Source: Bispira polyomma (Eukaryota). Taken from it: DNA of 64,000 nucleotides. The position numbers and the translations under genes were made by a program. Positions 37,586 through 46,770 of this stretch are shown piece by piece; within the stretch, counting starts at the first letter, position 1; each line of letters begins with the position of its first letter. The stretch is from NCBI GenBank assembly GCA_965649765.1, contig OZ287758.1:1488001-1552000 (forward strand). The letters run 5' to 3'. The notes under the pieces are model-generated. The model was given only the letters and a program-made list of their open reading frames with translations. It was not told the DNA's origin and did no database searches.

Positions 37586-39179
37586 TAGGCATGTGTCTTG
37601 TACTAGAAGTAGTGCAAATTAGGGCAGTCATCTTTCCATGAATAAAAAGTTGACCATTAAAACACAACCTCTGACCCAAGTAACTTCGTACAGCCGTCCC
37701 ATGTTACTTTATGTTTGGGTTTGGTGTTATTTTAAAATTCTAATATCTTTTAACCTACTTTTGTTACTACAAGTTGTAATACTAATAACTAATATATGTA
37801 TTGCCTCATCCGACCATAAGGCTCTCGTGAACTATTACAGATGTATTATCTGGATACAATGTCTTATGGAAGCTGAAAATGGGGTGGAGTATTGTATCCC
37901 AGGCTTCGGGGCCGACCATCTATCAGATACTGAAGCGAATTGCTTTGCTATTTAAAGAACTGTGGCAGAAGCAGACAGGGTCAGTGTATTTGAAACATCA
38001 AACCGTAAGTGTCTTATTAAAAGTATGCATTAATATGTAATTATGTGTTAAACTATATATTATTATTGTCCGTTGTATAATGATTACAACAATATTTTCC
38101 AATAAACTTGATTTAAAAGTCATAAAAAAGGGTATGTTATTAATCATCATTTACACCATACCATAATTTTTGTGGACTTACAATAAGTAATACAACAGTA
38201 AAAGTGACCTATTGTTTGTACAAAAATATTCTAACAAGGAATTGTAGTCACTAATTGTAAAAGCACTTTTGAACAATTAAAGTTACTGATGCGTCTCATA
38301 TATGCGTCTCATATATTTAAAATATCATCATTATCATATATTGCAGTTTTACTTACAAAATTGTACACATAATTGTATTGTATTATTAGTACTTTACATG
38401 ATAGACAAAATAAATTTAACATATTTTCTAAATTGTGATATTTGTCCATTATGTTTAAAATCAGAAATAGGATGACCTAAATGTGTTGCTGACTCAACTA
38501 AAATTATTAATGTACTATCAAATAGTATACCACACAGTCTTTTATTATCAGAAAAAAACATACACTGACTTTTCGTTGGCTTTAATTTAACATCAAAGTC
38601 TCTACCAAATAAAGAAAAACTATTATTTCAACATTATTTTCATGCTTGACAATGTAGAAGCTAACAAGTACAATCATTTGCATTACAGTGAGCCCCCATA
38701 AATGTTTTTCAAATATGACATCCCAAACCACAACAAATGTATCTATGTATAAGTTCATCCATGTGTATGCTAAAAAAATGCCAGCGAGAGAACACGACCT
38801 TGTTGAACACCATTTTGTACTTGTACTATTTGTCATACATCACCTCTATCCAACTATCAGATTGGATTTGTGTCAAAATTTCATAAAAATCTTGCAGTTA
38901 ATGAACATGAACCCTTACTCAACAAAAGTTTAAACAATTTTCGAAAATTTACCATATGAAATGCTTGAGATGTATCAAGTACCATTATAGGTAAACATTA
39001 CCGTGGCTCTTTCTATAATATTCTATAGGTTCTTTCACAACAAATGTACACTGTTTAGTCGTATATGCTCTGCTGTATTATCAATTTCGTGAGGTTGGTG
39101 TTACTACTCTTACACATTTTTTAATCTTTATATGAAACTGGTAATATAATTTGGAATTGTGAGAACTTAATCAGACAAC

Positions 39180-39420
39180 GTCTTTAATGAACCAGATAAC
39201 TAACTGATTGCAACTGGTTAAATTAGTTGACCTTAACTCAGACCTTGACTTGATAACTACAAGCAGATAAACAACCCATTACCCAGAAATAAAATTGAAG
39301 ATGCCATGACTAAACGCAATCTGCTCGATGTATACTGATACAAAATCCCCAGAAATTTAAAGATATACCTGGTGCAGAAAACACCTGAACAAACAGGCAA
39401 AATTAGACTAGTTCATCGGC
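39180..39420 (+). mobile_element. L1/Tx1-type endonuclease relic
   Basis: With frameshifts: DLDLDNYKQINNP...NLLDVY*...RYTWCRKHLNKQAKLD*F, matching the L1 APE YTW...RLDYF motif. Confidence 0.55.
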
Positions 39421-39569
39421 TCCAACTACAACGTAGATCTGGTACATACTTACAATAATAAAAATAAACAATAAAATAAACAATGAAGAAATGTTTACTG
39501 TGCATCGGTCTAGTCGCAATATAGATAAGATCTAAGATTGGGGATTTAAAATGTGCAATATAAGAGATG

Positions 39570-39705
39570 CAATTTTAGGAGTACTTCTAATTAAGATTAA
39601 AGAAGAGACCATAACATTCCAAACAATGACTTTAGGAGTACTTCTACTTAAGATTAGAGGAGAGACCAAAACATTCCCCACAATGACTTTTAGGGTTACT
39701 TCTAC
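39570..39705. repeat. 57/58-bp satellite, left remnant (split by the Ngaro insertion)
   Basis: Units (a)acattagaggagagaccaaaacattccccacaatgacttttagggttacttctac. Confidence 0.9.
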
Positions 39706-39924
39706 TTGATGTCACTGCTAGTATAGCATGGCAAGTCAGTAGCAAAAATTGAATACTTTACTGTAAAACCCCCCTTAAGAAGTGTTTACCTAGCTATCCC
39801 AATCAGACTTTAGGTCATTTAAACCAGGCAACCAATCACCTTCCTTCAGAGTAAACTCCTTGCCGCCCTTTTATCATAGAAAGGCATTATTAAGTTGCAA
39901 GTTAAGTAAGCAACACGTCTTTTT
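39706..39924 (+). repeat. Ngaro repeat A1 (probable promoter, two CCAAT boxes)
   Basis: Duplicated at 45241-45459. Contains cccaatcag and accaatcac. Confidence 0.93.
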
Positions 39925-40097
39925 GTGGGCCTAGAAGTGGCCATATTGGATTTTAAATTTTTGTGGGAGGAAAACTTTGTTAAATTGTATGTTCCCACTC
40001 GTTTTACATCTAGTTTTTACGTGTTTTTAGTGCATAACCATTATAGACATATTATAGTTTCACCCGTGGTGCTTTTACTCCCGGATTAAGTGTCAAA

Positions 40098-41435
40098 ATG
40101 GGGAGAGGTAAAAAAAGACAACCCGCCGTGAATGTAGCTATGTGCTCGAGATGTGACATTTCGCATACTCGCCCGGTTGGGACTAGATGCAACAGAGTCA
40201 TTGTATCTCCTGGAGAAGAACCCTTACCAGACCAAGATTTGGGAGCAGAAAATAACCTTGACAGCGACTCCATCAGTAACTGCTCTGATAAAGTAAGTTC
40301 CGAAAATTTTTACCGTGACATACATAGCAGGCAGCAAGCCATGATGCAAACATTACTTACTACTGTGTCAAAGTTACAAGAGGACGTTTCTGACCTTAAA
40401 GCTAAGCAATCCGAGACCCCGGTTCTTCAGTTACCCATGCTAAGGCCGTCCGTAACGACCCCGTCAGCTCGTCCTACAGTCACTCCTCGGCGTCACAACC
40501 CAGGAAACAACATGCAAACTCTTCAAGACCCACCTCACACGACACCAGTACACCCAGCATCACTTAGTTTACCAGGCTATGAAGCACACAGGGATCTTTC
40601 ATCGCTCACCTACACATCTCACCCTCTACCTCAGCCTCACGCTCAATCTCACATAGCAGCTCAGATGCAACCACAGAGAGTTACTAACACTGACAACACA
40701 CAGCGAGCACTACAGGACGCCATCTTACCAACACCAGATGTCCTCAAGCAGTCCTCCTTAATACAAAATGAAGTATCTCTCCGCTTAGCACGTTATGAGG
40801 CCTGGGCTGCGGACGAAGGCTTACAAGGTAAGCTTGCCACCAAGAAAAAGTCTAGTCGTTACAATGTCTCAGATGTCTGTGTCTCTGATCCGATGAAACG
40901 CTGGCCCAATGAGGCTTGCTTCTCAGGTATAAATAAAAAACGTGTTTCTTTCGACGACCTTACCATCCCACAATTCGCTGCCGGACAAATTCAAAACATT
41001 TTAGAGGTCCAGAATCAATCGATCTCCAGAGCAATGCTCACTCAGTTGGCAGATACTCTCAGAGACGCCTCAAACATATCCTGGCAGATAGCTCGTGGAG
41101 CTTACGCGTGCAACATGCACGACATCGAGGAAGGTCGCCTCAGCTGGCTCAATGAAACGAAGTGGACCCTAAACAGGCTCTCGTACTCCCAAGCCCTCGT
41201 CTCCAACAACACGTCTACAAACACCACTCTCTTTGCCTCGACTAAACAAGAAATCCCCTGCAGGCACTTTCAGAAAGGCCAATGCCAACATCAGAAAGAC
41301 CACGAGGGGAATAACGTTCTTTTTAAGCACATTTGTGCCAACTGTTTCCGGGTTAGTAGAAAATCCAACCCTCATCCGGAGACAAAATGTTTTAAACTGC
41401 ATGGGCGTCCAACCCCTACATCAAACACACAATAG
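40098..41435 (+). CDS. Ngaro Gag-like protein (445 aa)
   Basis: N-terminal C..C...H..P.G..C motif, a coiled-coil segment, FDDLTIPQFAAG, and a C-terminal zinc-finger region CRHFQKGQC...DH...HICANC.....HP...C. Confidence 0.88.
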   Translation: MGRGKKRQPAVNVAMCSRCDISHTRPVGTRCNRVIVSPGEEPLPDQDLGAENNLDSDSISNCSDKVSSENFYRDIHSRQQAMMQTLLTTVSKLQEDVSDLKAKQSETPVLQLPMLRPSVTTPSARPTVTPRRHNPGNNMQTLQDPPHTTPVHPASLSLPGYEAHRDLSSLTYTSHPLPQPHAQSHIAAQMQPQRVTNTDNTQRALQDAILPTPDVLKQSSLIQNEVSLRLARYEAWAADEGLQGKLATKKKSSRYNVSDVCVSDPMKRWPNEACFSGINKKRVSFDDLTIPQFAAGQIQNILEVQNQSISRAMLTQLADTLRDASNISWQIARGAYACNMHDIEEGRLSWLNETKWTLNRLSYSQALVSNNTSTNTTLFASTKQEIPCRHFQKGQCQHQKDHEGNNVLFKHICANCFRVSRKSNPHPETKCFKLHGRPTPTSNTQ

Positions 41436-41498
41436 GACCACCAACTGCCTACAGCCACCACCACCAGTTGTGACTTCAATGTACCTCATGTTTATCGT

Positions 41499-44078
41499 AT
41501 GAGCCTGAAGAATGATGAGATTAATAGTACTTCTAAGCAAATTTATAAGGTAGACGATTATGAGAACCCTAATTTTATATCCAGTTTAAGCGTTAGTGTT
41601 GAGAACAGTAATATTGAACAATTCTCTGTAGACAGTAAGATTAACAGGTCACAGACTTCATCAGATTGTAATCATTCTATTATTTCAAGTGTTGACAACG
41701 ATCAAGTTAAAAATACTAATGCAAGCTTAACCGCCTACCCAGGCACTATAGACAATGTTATCACATATACAGCTGATAACAGTTTACATTGTGACTCTAA
41801 ACTTTGTGATATATATCTCAGTAACAGTCAACATGGCTGTAATACGTTAAACCTTTGTTACCTAGTATGTCGCCAAGATACATCTCTGTCGGGCGTTTAT
41901 GTGTGCAACTTTGTACAAGATAGCTGGACATTCCAACTATCTGATTGGTCATTAGAACACATTTGGCCCATAATTTACTCTTGCTCTATGCACATCTCAG
42001 AATCAGGCAGGAACTTCTCCCAAGTAAAGAAACTCACAAAACCGAGATTAGACAAACAACTCTCACACACACGTACTAAATTAGGTAGCACTTTGTATTA
42101 CAATGACATCATTGACAGCTTATGTAGACGTGATGAACAGACACTCACACAAGCAAAAACAACTATTGTAGAACTTGTAATGCCATCACACAACTTGCAC
42201 ACTCACAACCCTCATACTACTGTCACACACACACACTGTACAGATCATGAGGTCGTTATGACTCAGGCAGTTTCACAACAATGTTCACATGTACTTCCCA
42301 AGAACAACAACACACAGGGGGACACTTTAGCCAACACACACAAACCTTTTGGTTACACTCCACACAGATATAACAACTTTACCTTTATGGGTCCTGTTAG
42401 ACAAGAGGTCAACATTGACTCGTATGGCAAACTGCTAGAAGTTGCCAACATCATTAAAACCACTAAGGTCCCCAACTATAAATCAGCACGTATACCACTT
42501 AAGAGCAACCTCAACGTAGCTAAATGGAAAGAGTATTTGGTTGACTACCCAGACAAAATCATTTTACAGTACATAGAATTCGGATTCCCCATTTCCTTAT
42601 ACGACAGGGACCGACTACACGTCACAAATGTCAAAAATCATTACTCAGCCAAAGCTTTCCCTCAGGCAATAGACAAATACTTCATTACTGAGGTCCACAG
42701 AGGTACCATAATTGGCCCCATTAACGATAACTTACATCCAGATTTACACTGTTCTCCCTTATTGACAGTTCCCAAGGACGTTGACCAACGTAGGTTAGTC
42801 TTAGATTTATCTCACCCTACAGGCCAATCCGTGAATGATTGTACTGTAAAAACAAAGTATGACCACATAGATTTCAACCTAAAACTCCCATCTATTGATC
42901 AAATAACTTCTCAAATCTTGGCTATTGGACCTAAGGCCACCTTAGCAAAAGTGGACATTTCCCACGCATTTCGAAATATCAGAATTGACCCCTATGATTG
43001 CCTTAAACTCGGATATTTTTGGAAAAATAATTATTACATAGATTTAACCTTGACTTTTGGCTTAACTCATGGCACAGCAGTCTTTATGATGGCCTCAGAT
43101 TGCGTGACTTATATTATGAAACTTAAAGGCTTCACAGTATACAACTACATCGATGACTTCATACTCATAGAATCTGAAGATAGGGCTACCTTAGCTTACA
43201 ATACTTTGCAAGAAATTCTCACAGACCTAGGCCTCCCCATAAACGAAAAAAAGCTAGTCCCCCCCAGTAAACGTGTCACTTGTATGGGCATTACCATTGA
43301 TATCACCAACGAAACTCTCAGTATTGACGAGGATAAATTGATTTCCATTTATGATACCTGTCTTGGGTTTAAATACCTAAATAAAGTACGTAAACAAAAA
43401 TACCAGTCGCTATTAGGAAAGCTCCTCTACATCCACCGGTGTATTAAACCCTCTCGTATATTCATGAATCGGATGCTAGCATTATTACGACAATCCACTA
43501 GCAGTAACACAGTCATCTTGAATATGGAATTCCACCAAGACCTCGCCTGGTTTGTAACATTTCTTTTACAGTTTAACGGTACTACTACTTATAACTACAT
43601 AAACAAGCCACACGACGCCCTACTACAAGTTGACGCTTGTTTATCTGGCATTGGAGGTATATGGAACAAAAACGTGTTTAAAACTCCCCTTCCTCTCTTC
43701 ATGTCTCATACTTTATCAATCGTACATTTTGAAATGGTGAGCATTTTAATTGCTCTCAAACTATGGGGTCACAGATGGAAAAACAAAAAAGTTAAGGTAC
43801 AGTCAGATAACATGGCCGTGGTGGCTGTAGTGCAGTCATCAAAAACCAAAGACACTTACTTAGGACTATGTTTAAGGAATATTTGGCAAATTTGTGCAGC
43901 AGAAAACATTGACCTTGTCATTAGTCACATCCCAGGTAAGGAAAATATCATTGCTGACGCACTTTCGCGATGGTATGAACTCGACACGGGGGGTGAACAC
44001 ATAAGGGCAACCGTCACTCACAGCTTCACCATGCATAACATTCCTCTTAACTTTTTTACATTAGATACTTATTTATAA
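41499..44078 (+). CDS. Ngaro Pol: reverse transcriptase + RNase H (859 aa from the first ATG)
   Basis: RT motifs RLVLDLS, KVDISHAFRNI, LTFG, YIDD and CMGI; RNase H motifs VDAC, HFEM, SDN and NIIADALSR. Confidence 0.95.
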   Translation: MSLKNDEINSTSKQIYKVDDYENPNFISSLSVSVENSNIEQFSVDSKINRSQTSSDCNHSIISSVDNDQVKNTNASLTAYPGTIDNVITYTADNSLHCDSKLCDIYLSNSQHGCNTLNLCYLVCRQDTSLSGVYVCNFVQDSWTFQLSDWSLEHIWPIIYSCSMHISESGRNFSQVKKLTKPRLDKQLSHTRTKLGSTLYYNDIIDSLCRRDEQTLTQAKTTIVELVMPSHNLHTHNPHTTVTHTHCTDHEVVMTQAVSQQCSHVLPKNNNTQGDTLANTHKPFGYTPHRYNNFTFMGPVRQEVNIDSYGKLLEVANIIKTTKVPNYKSARIPLKSNLNVAKWKEYLVDYPDKIILQYIEFGFPISLYDRDRLHVTNVKNHYSAKAFPQAIDKYFITEVHRGTIIGPINDNLHPDLHCSPLLTVPKDVDQRRLVLDLSHPTGQSVNDCTVKTKYDHIDFNLKLPSIDQITSQILAIGPKATLAKVDISHAFRNIRIDPYDCLKLGYFWKNNYYIDLTLTFGLTHGTAVFMMASDCVTYIMKLKGFTVYNYIDDFILIESEDRATLAYNTLQEILTDLGLPINEKKLVPPSKRVTCMGITIDITNETLSIDEDKLISIYDTCLGFKYLNKVRKQKYQSLLGKLLYIHRCIKPSRIFMNRMLALLRQSTSSNTVILNMEFHQDLAWFVTFLLQFNGTTTYNYINKPHDALLQVDACLSGIGGIWNKNVFKTPLPLFMSHTLSIVHFEMVSILIALKLWGHRWKNKKVKVQSDNMAVVAVVQSSKTKDTYLGLCLRNIWQICAAENIDLVISHIPGKENIIADALSRWYELDTGGEHIRATVTHSFTMHNIPLNFFTLDTYL

Positions 44079-44084
44079 TTTCAG

Positions 44085-45064
44085 GCACTTCTGACTCAGC
44101 AAATTCACTGATCCAAGGTGCCCTCACAAGATTACGACAGAGCCACAGACCTAGAACTCAGAGACAATACAACAGCCAATTCAGACTCTTTTTAGCCTTC
44201 ACTGTATATTATGATCTACATCATACCTTCAGTTTGAACACCATTTTGGCATTTCTAGAGTTCCTGACTCAAACAGGGAAATCCCACAAAGTGATTGCAA
44301 ATTACATATCAGCTCTAAGACACAATGCCAAACTATTGAATATACTACACACAGGTCTTTATGACCCCAGACTGACCTTGTACACTAGGTCCTTAGAACT
44401 CACCTCTAAATACACCCCCAGAATAAAGGGAGTGTTTGACTTACTACAACTGGAAAAAATTTCACAAGCCTGCGATTTACTTCATTTCCCTGAGCTATAC
44501 AGGACAGCTTTTCTTTTCGCCTTCTTTGGGTTCCTCAGAATTTCCAATCTTACTACTACCTCCGGTTCACTTTTTGACCCTACAAGACACCTCACAAGGG
44601 CAGACATAGTATTCGCCCCACCAGGTATTCACCTTATCCTTAAATGGAGTAAAACTAACCAAAGTAGGGCAAATCCAGACATCATTCAACTACCTTCCTT
44701 ATCAAACCCCTGGCTATGTCCTGTCAGAGCTGCCACAGCTTTATTTAACAAATACCCTTTACACTCCATGGCCCCATTACTGGCCAACCCATGTGATAGA
44801 GGAAACTGCTTATCAGACACCAAGCTTAGACTTACACTCAAGAACATCCTCACTCACCTTGACATTCCACACATAGGTCATTCATTTCACTGCTTCCGTC
44901 GCTCTGGAGCCTCTCTAGCCTTTAATTCTAATGTCAAACTTCAAGATATACAAAAACATGGGTGCTGGAAATCCGATGCTGTCTGGTCATATTTACAATC
45001 CACCTCTCACGCAGCCTCTATCATCCCCTCCACTTTTTCCTCCATTGTCTCCTCTACTTTCTAA
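44085..45064 (+). CDS. Tyrosine recombinase (probable 3' exon of a spliced Gag-YR mRNA)
   Basis: The frame is open from 44051 with no upstream ATG. SAM-like N-terminus (RPRTQRQYNSQFRLFLAF). Catalytic residues in FLRISN (R), WSKT (K), HCFRR (HxxR), GCWKS (W) and WSYL (Y). Acceptor tttcag at 44084. Confidence 0.92.
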
Positions 45065-45071
45065 TTTGGCT

Positions 45072-45240
45072 TTGGCATTTTAAAATTTTAACTAAAATTT
45101 TAATTGTATAGTTGTACATAGAGGCATTAGATAGAAATAAATACATCCCAAACAGCATCTAGTTTCCAAACTTATCAAACTCCTTACAGGTCTCTGTCTG
45201 GCACTAATCAAATTATATCATCAACCATTTTTGACTACTG
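45072..45240 (+). repeat. Ngaro repeat B1 (contains AATAAA)
   Basis: Duplicated at 45869-46037. Confidence 0.93.
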
Positions 45241-45459
45241 TTGATGTCACTGCTAGTATAGCATGGCAAGTCAGTAGCAAAAATTGAATACTTTACTGTA
45301 AAACCCCCCTTAAGAAGTGTTTACCTAGCTATCCCAATCAGACTTTAGGTCATTTAAACCAGGCAACCAATCACCTTCCTTCAGAGTAAACTCCTTGCCG
45401 CCCTTTTATCATAGAAAGGCATTATTAAGTTGCAAGTTAAGTAAGCAACACGTCTTTTT
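45241..45459 (+). repeat. Ngaro repeat A2
   Basis: Identical by eye to A1. It directly abuts B1, forming a circle-junction-like B|A joint. Confidence 0.93.
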
Positions 45460-45496
45460 CCCAAACCCTCCACCCAAAAATTATAATCTCACTTGC

Positions 45497-45683
45497 CCAC
45501 GTGACTCCACCTGGGTTCGAACCTCGGCCCGTGTGGTGCTGGTTCTCAGCTCGCAACTACCCCTCGGTGTGGGCTACCGGGGATTAAAGCTCTGCAGCTG
45601 GGAACCTTCACTGCTAGGCGATTAGGTGCCGCAGGACCGGGGTTCTGACCTTGGAGGTTGAGTCGGGTCAGAGATAGTGAGGA
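45497..45683 (+). other. GC-rich predicted RNA secondary-structure element in the Ngaro A2-B2 spacer
   Basis: Stems ggttctcagct/agctgggaacc, cctcggt/accgggg, tctgacct/gggtcaga and cttcactg/tagtgagg, plus a T-loop/B-box-like GGTTCGAACC. Confidence 0.6.
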
Positions 45684-45868
45684 ACTTAAGATTCATATAC
45701 ACACAAGCTCATATATACAATTTCCTTCAGCTTTTATGAACAATTTTAACACTCTCAGTCATCCTGGGTATTCTTGTGTTCAACTTTTATGTTGTTCTTT
45801 CGGGACCTTTTTTGTCCCTTTACATTTTCGCATAACATACTCTTGTTTGTATTTGTCATGTAGCCATA

Positions 45869-46037
45869 TTGGCATTTTAAAATTTTAACTAAAATTTTAA
45901 TTGTATAGTTGTACATAGAGGCATTAGATAGAAATAAATACATCCCAAACAGCATCTAGTTTCCAAACTTATCAAACTCCTTACAGGTCTCTGTCTGGCA
46001 CTAATCAAATTTTATCATCAACCATTTTTGACTACTG
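45869..46037 (+). repeat. Ngaro repeat B2 (3' terminus)
   Basis: Copy of B1 with one A/T substitution. Confidence 0.93.
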
Positions 46038-46770
46038 ATAACATTAGAGGAGAGATCAAAACATTCCCCACAATGACTTTTAGGGTTACTTCAACATAAC
46101 ATTAGAGGAGAGATCAAAACATTCCCCACAATGACTTTTAGGGTTACTTCAACATACCATTAGAGGAGAGATCAAAATATTCCCCACAATGACTTTTAGG
46201 GTTACTTCTACATAACATTAGAGGAGAGATCAAAACATTCCCCACAATGACTTTTAGGGTTACTTCAACATAACATTAGAGGAGAGATCAAAACATTCCC
46301 CACAATGACTTTTAGGGTTACTTCAACATAACATTAGAGGAGAGATCAAAACATTCCCAATAATGACTTTTAAGGTTACTTCTACTTAACATTAGAGGAG
46401 AGACCAGAACATTCCCCACAATGACTTTTAGGGTTACTTCTACTTAAGATTAAAGAAGAGACCAAAACATTCCCCACAATGACTTTTGGAGTAGTTCTAC
46501 TTAAGATTAAAGGAGAGACCAAAACATTCCCCACAATGACTTTTAGGGTTACTTCTACTTAAGATTAGAGGAGAGACCAGAACATTCCCCACAATGACTT
46601 TAGGAGTACTTCTACTTCAGATTAGAGGAGAGACCAGAACATTCCCCACAGTGACTTTTAGGGTTACTTCTACATAACATTAGAGGAGAGATCAAAACAT
46701 TCCCCACAATGACTTTTAGGGTTACTTCTACTTAACATTAGAGGAGAGACCAGAACATTCCCCACAATGA
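46038..46770. repeat. 57/58-bp satellite, about 12-13 units (continues the 39570 array)
   Basis: Direct tandem repetition. Confidence 0.93.

Larger units (their letters stand above)
39706..46037 (+). mobile_element. Complete Ngaro-type (DIRS order) tyrosine-recombinase retrotransposon with split direct repeats
   Basis: A1 (39706-39924) equals A2 (45241-45459), 219 bp, identical by eye. B1 (45072-45240) equals B2 (45869-46037), 169 bp, one mismatch. Order A1-gag-RT/RH-YR-B1-A2-spacer-B2. All ORFs open. No TSD. Confidence 0.95.

Noticed and set aside
37841-38005. Exon-like segment (acag|...|gtaagt)
   Set aside because: It has an internal stop, no identifiable homology and no partner exons.
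41233-41502. Overlapping ORF at the gag-pol boundary as a frameshift product
   Set aside because: It terminates at 41502, is not in the pol frame, and shows no recognisable motif.
44234-44236. TTG start for the recombinase as given in the ORF track
   Set aside because: About 50 conserved-looking codons of the SAM-like domain lie upstream in frame, and a splice acceptor explains the 5' end better.
45530-45610. HDV-like, twister or hammerhead ribozyme in the Ngaro spacer
   Set aside because: CUAC-CCCUCGGU-GUGG resembles an HDV P3/L3, but P1 needs a bulge and there is no convincing J4/2 catalytic-C motif. There is no CUGANGA/GAAA core. Kept only as a generic structured element.
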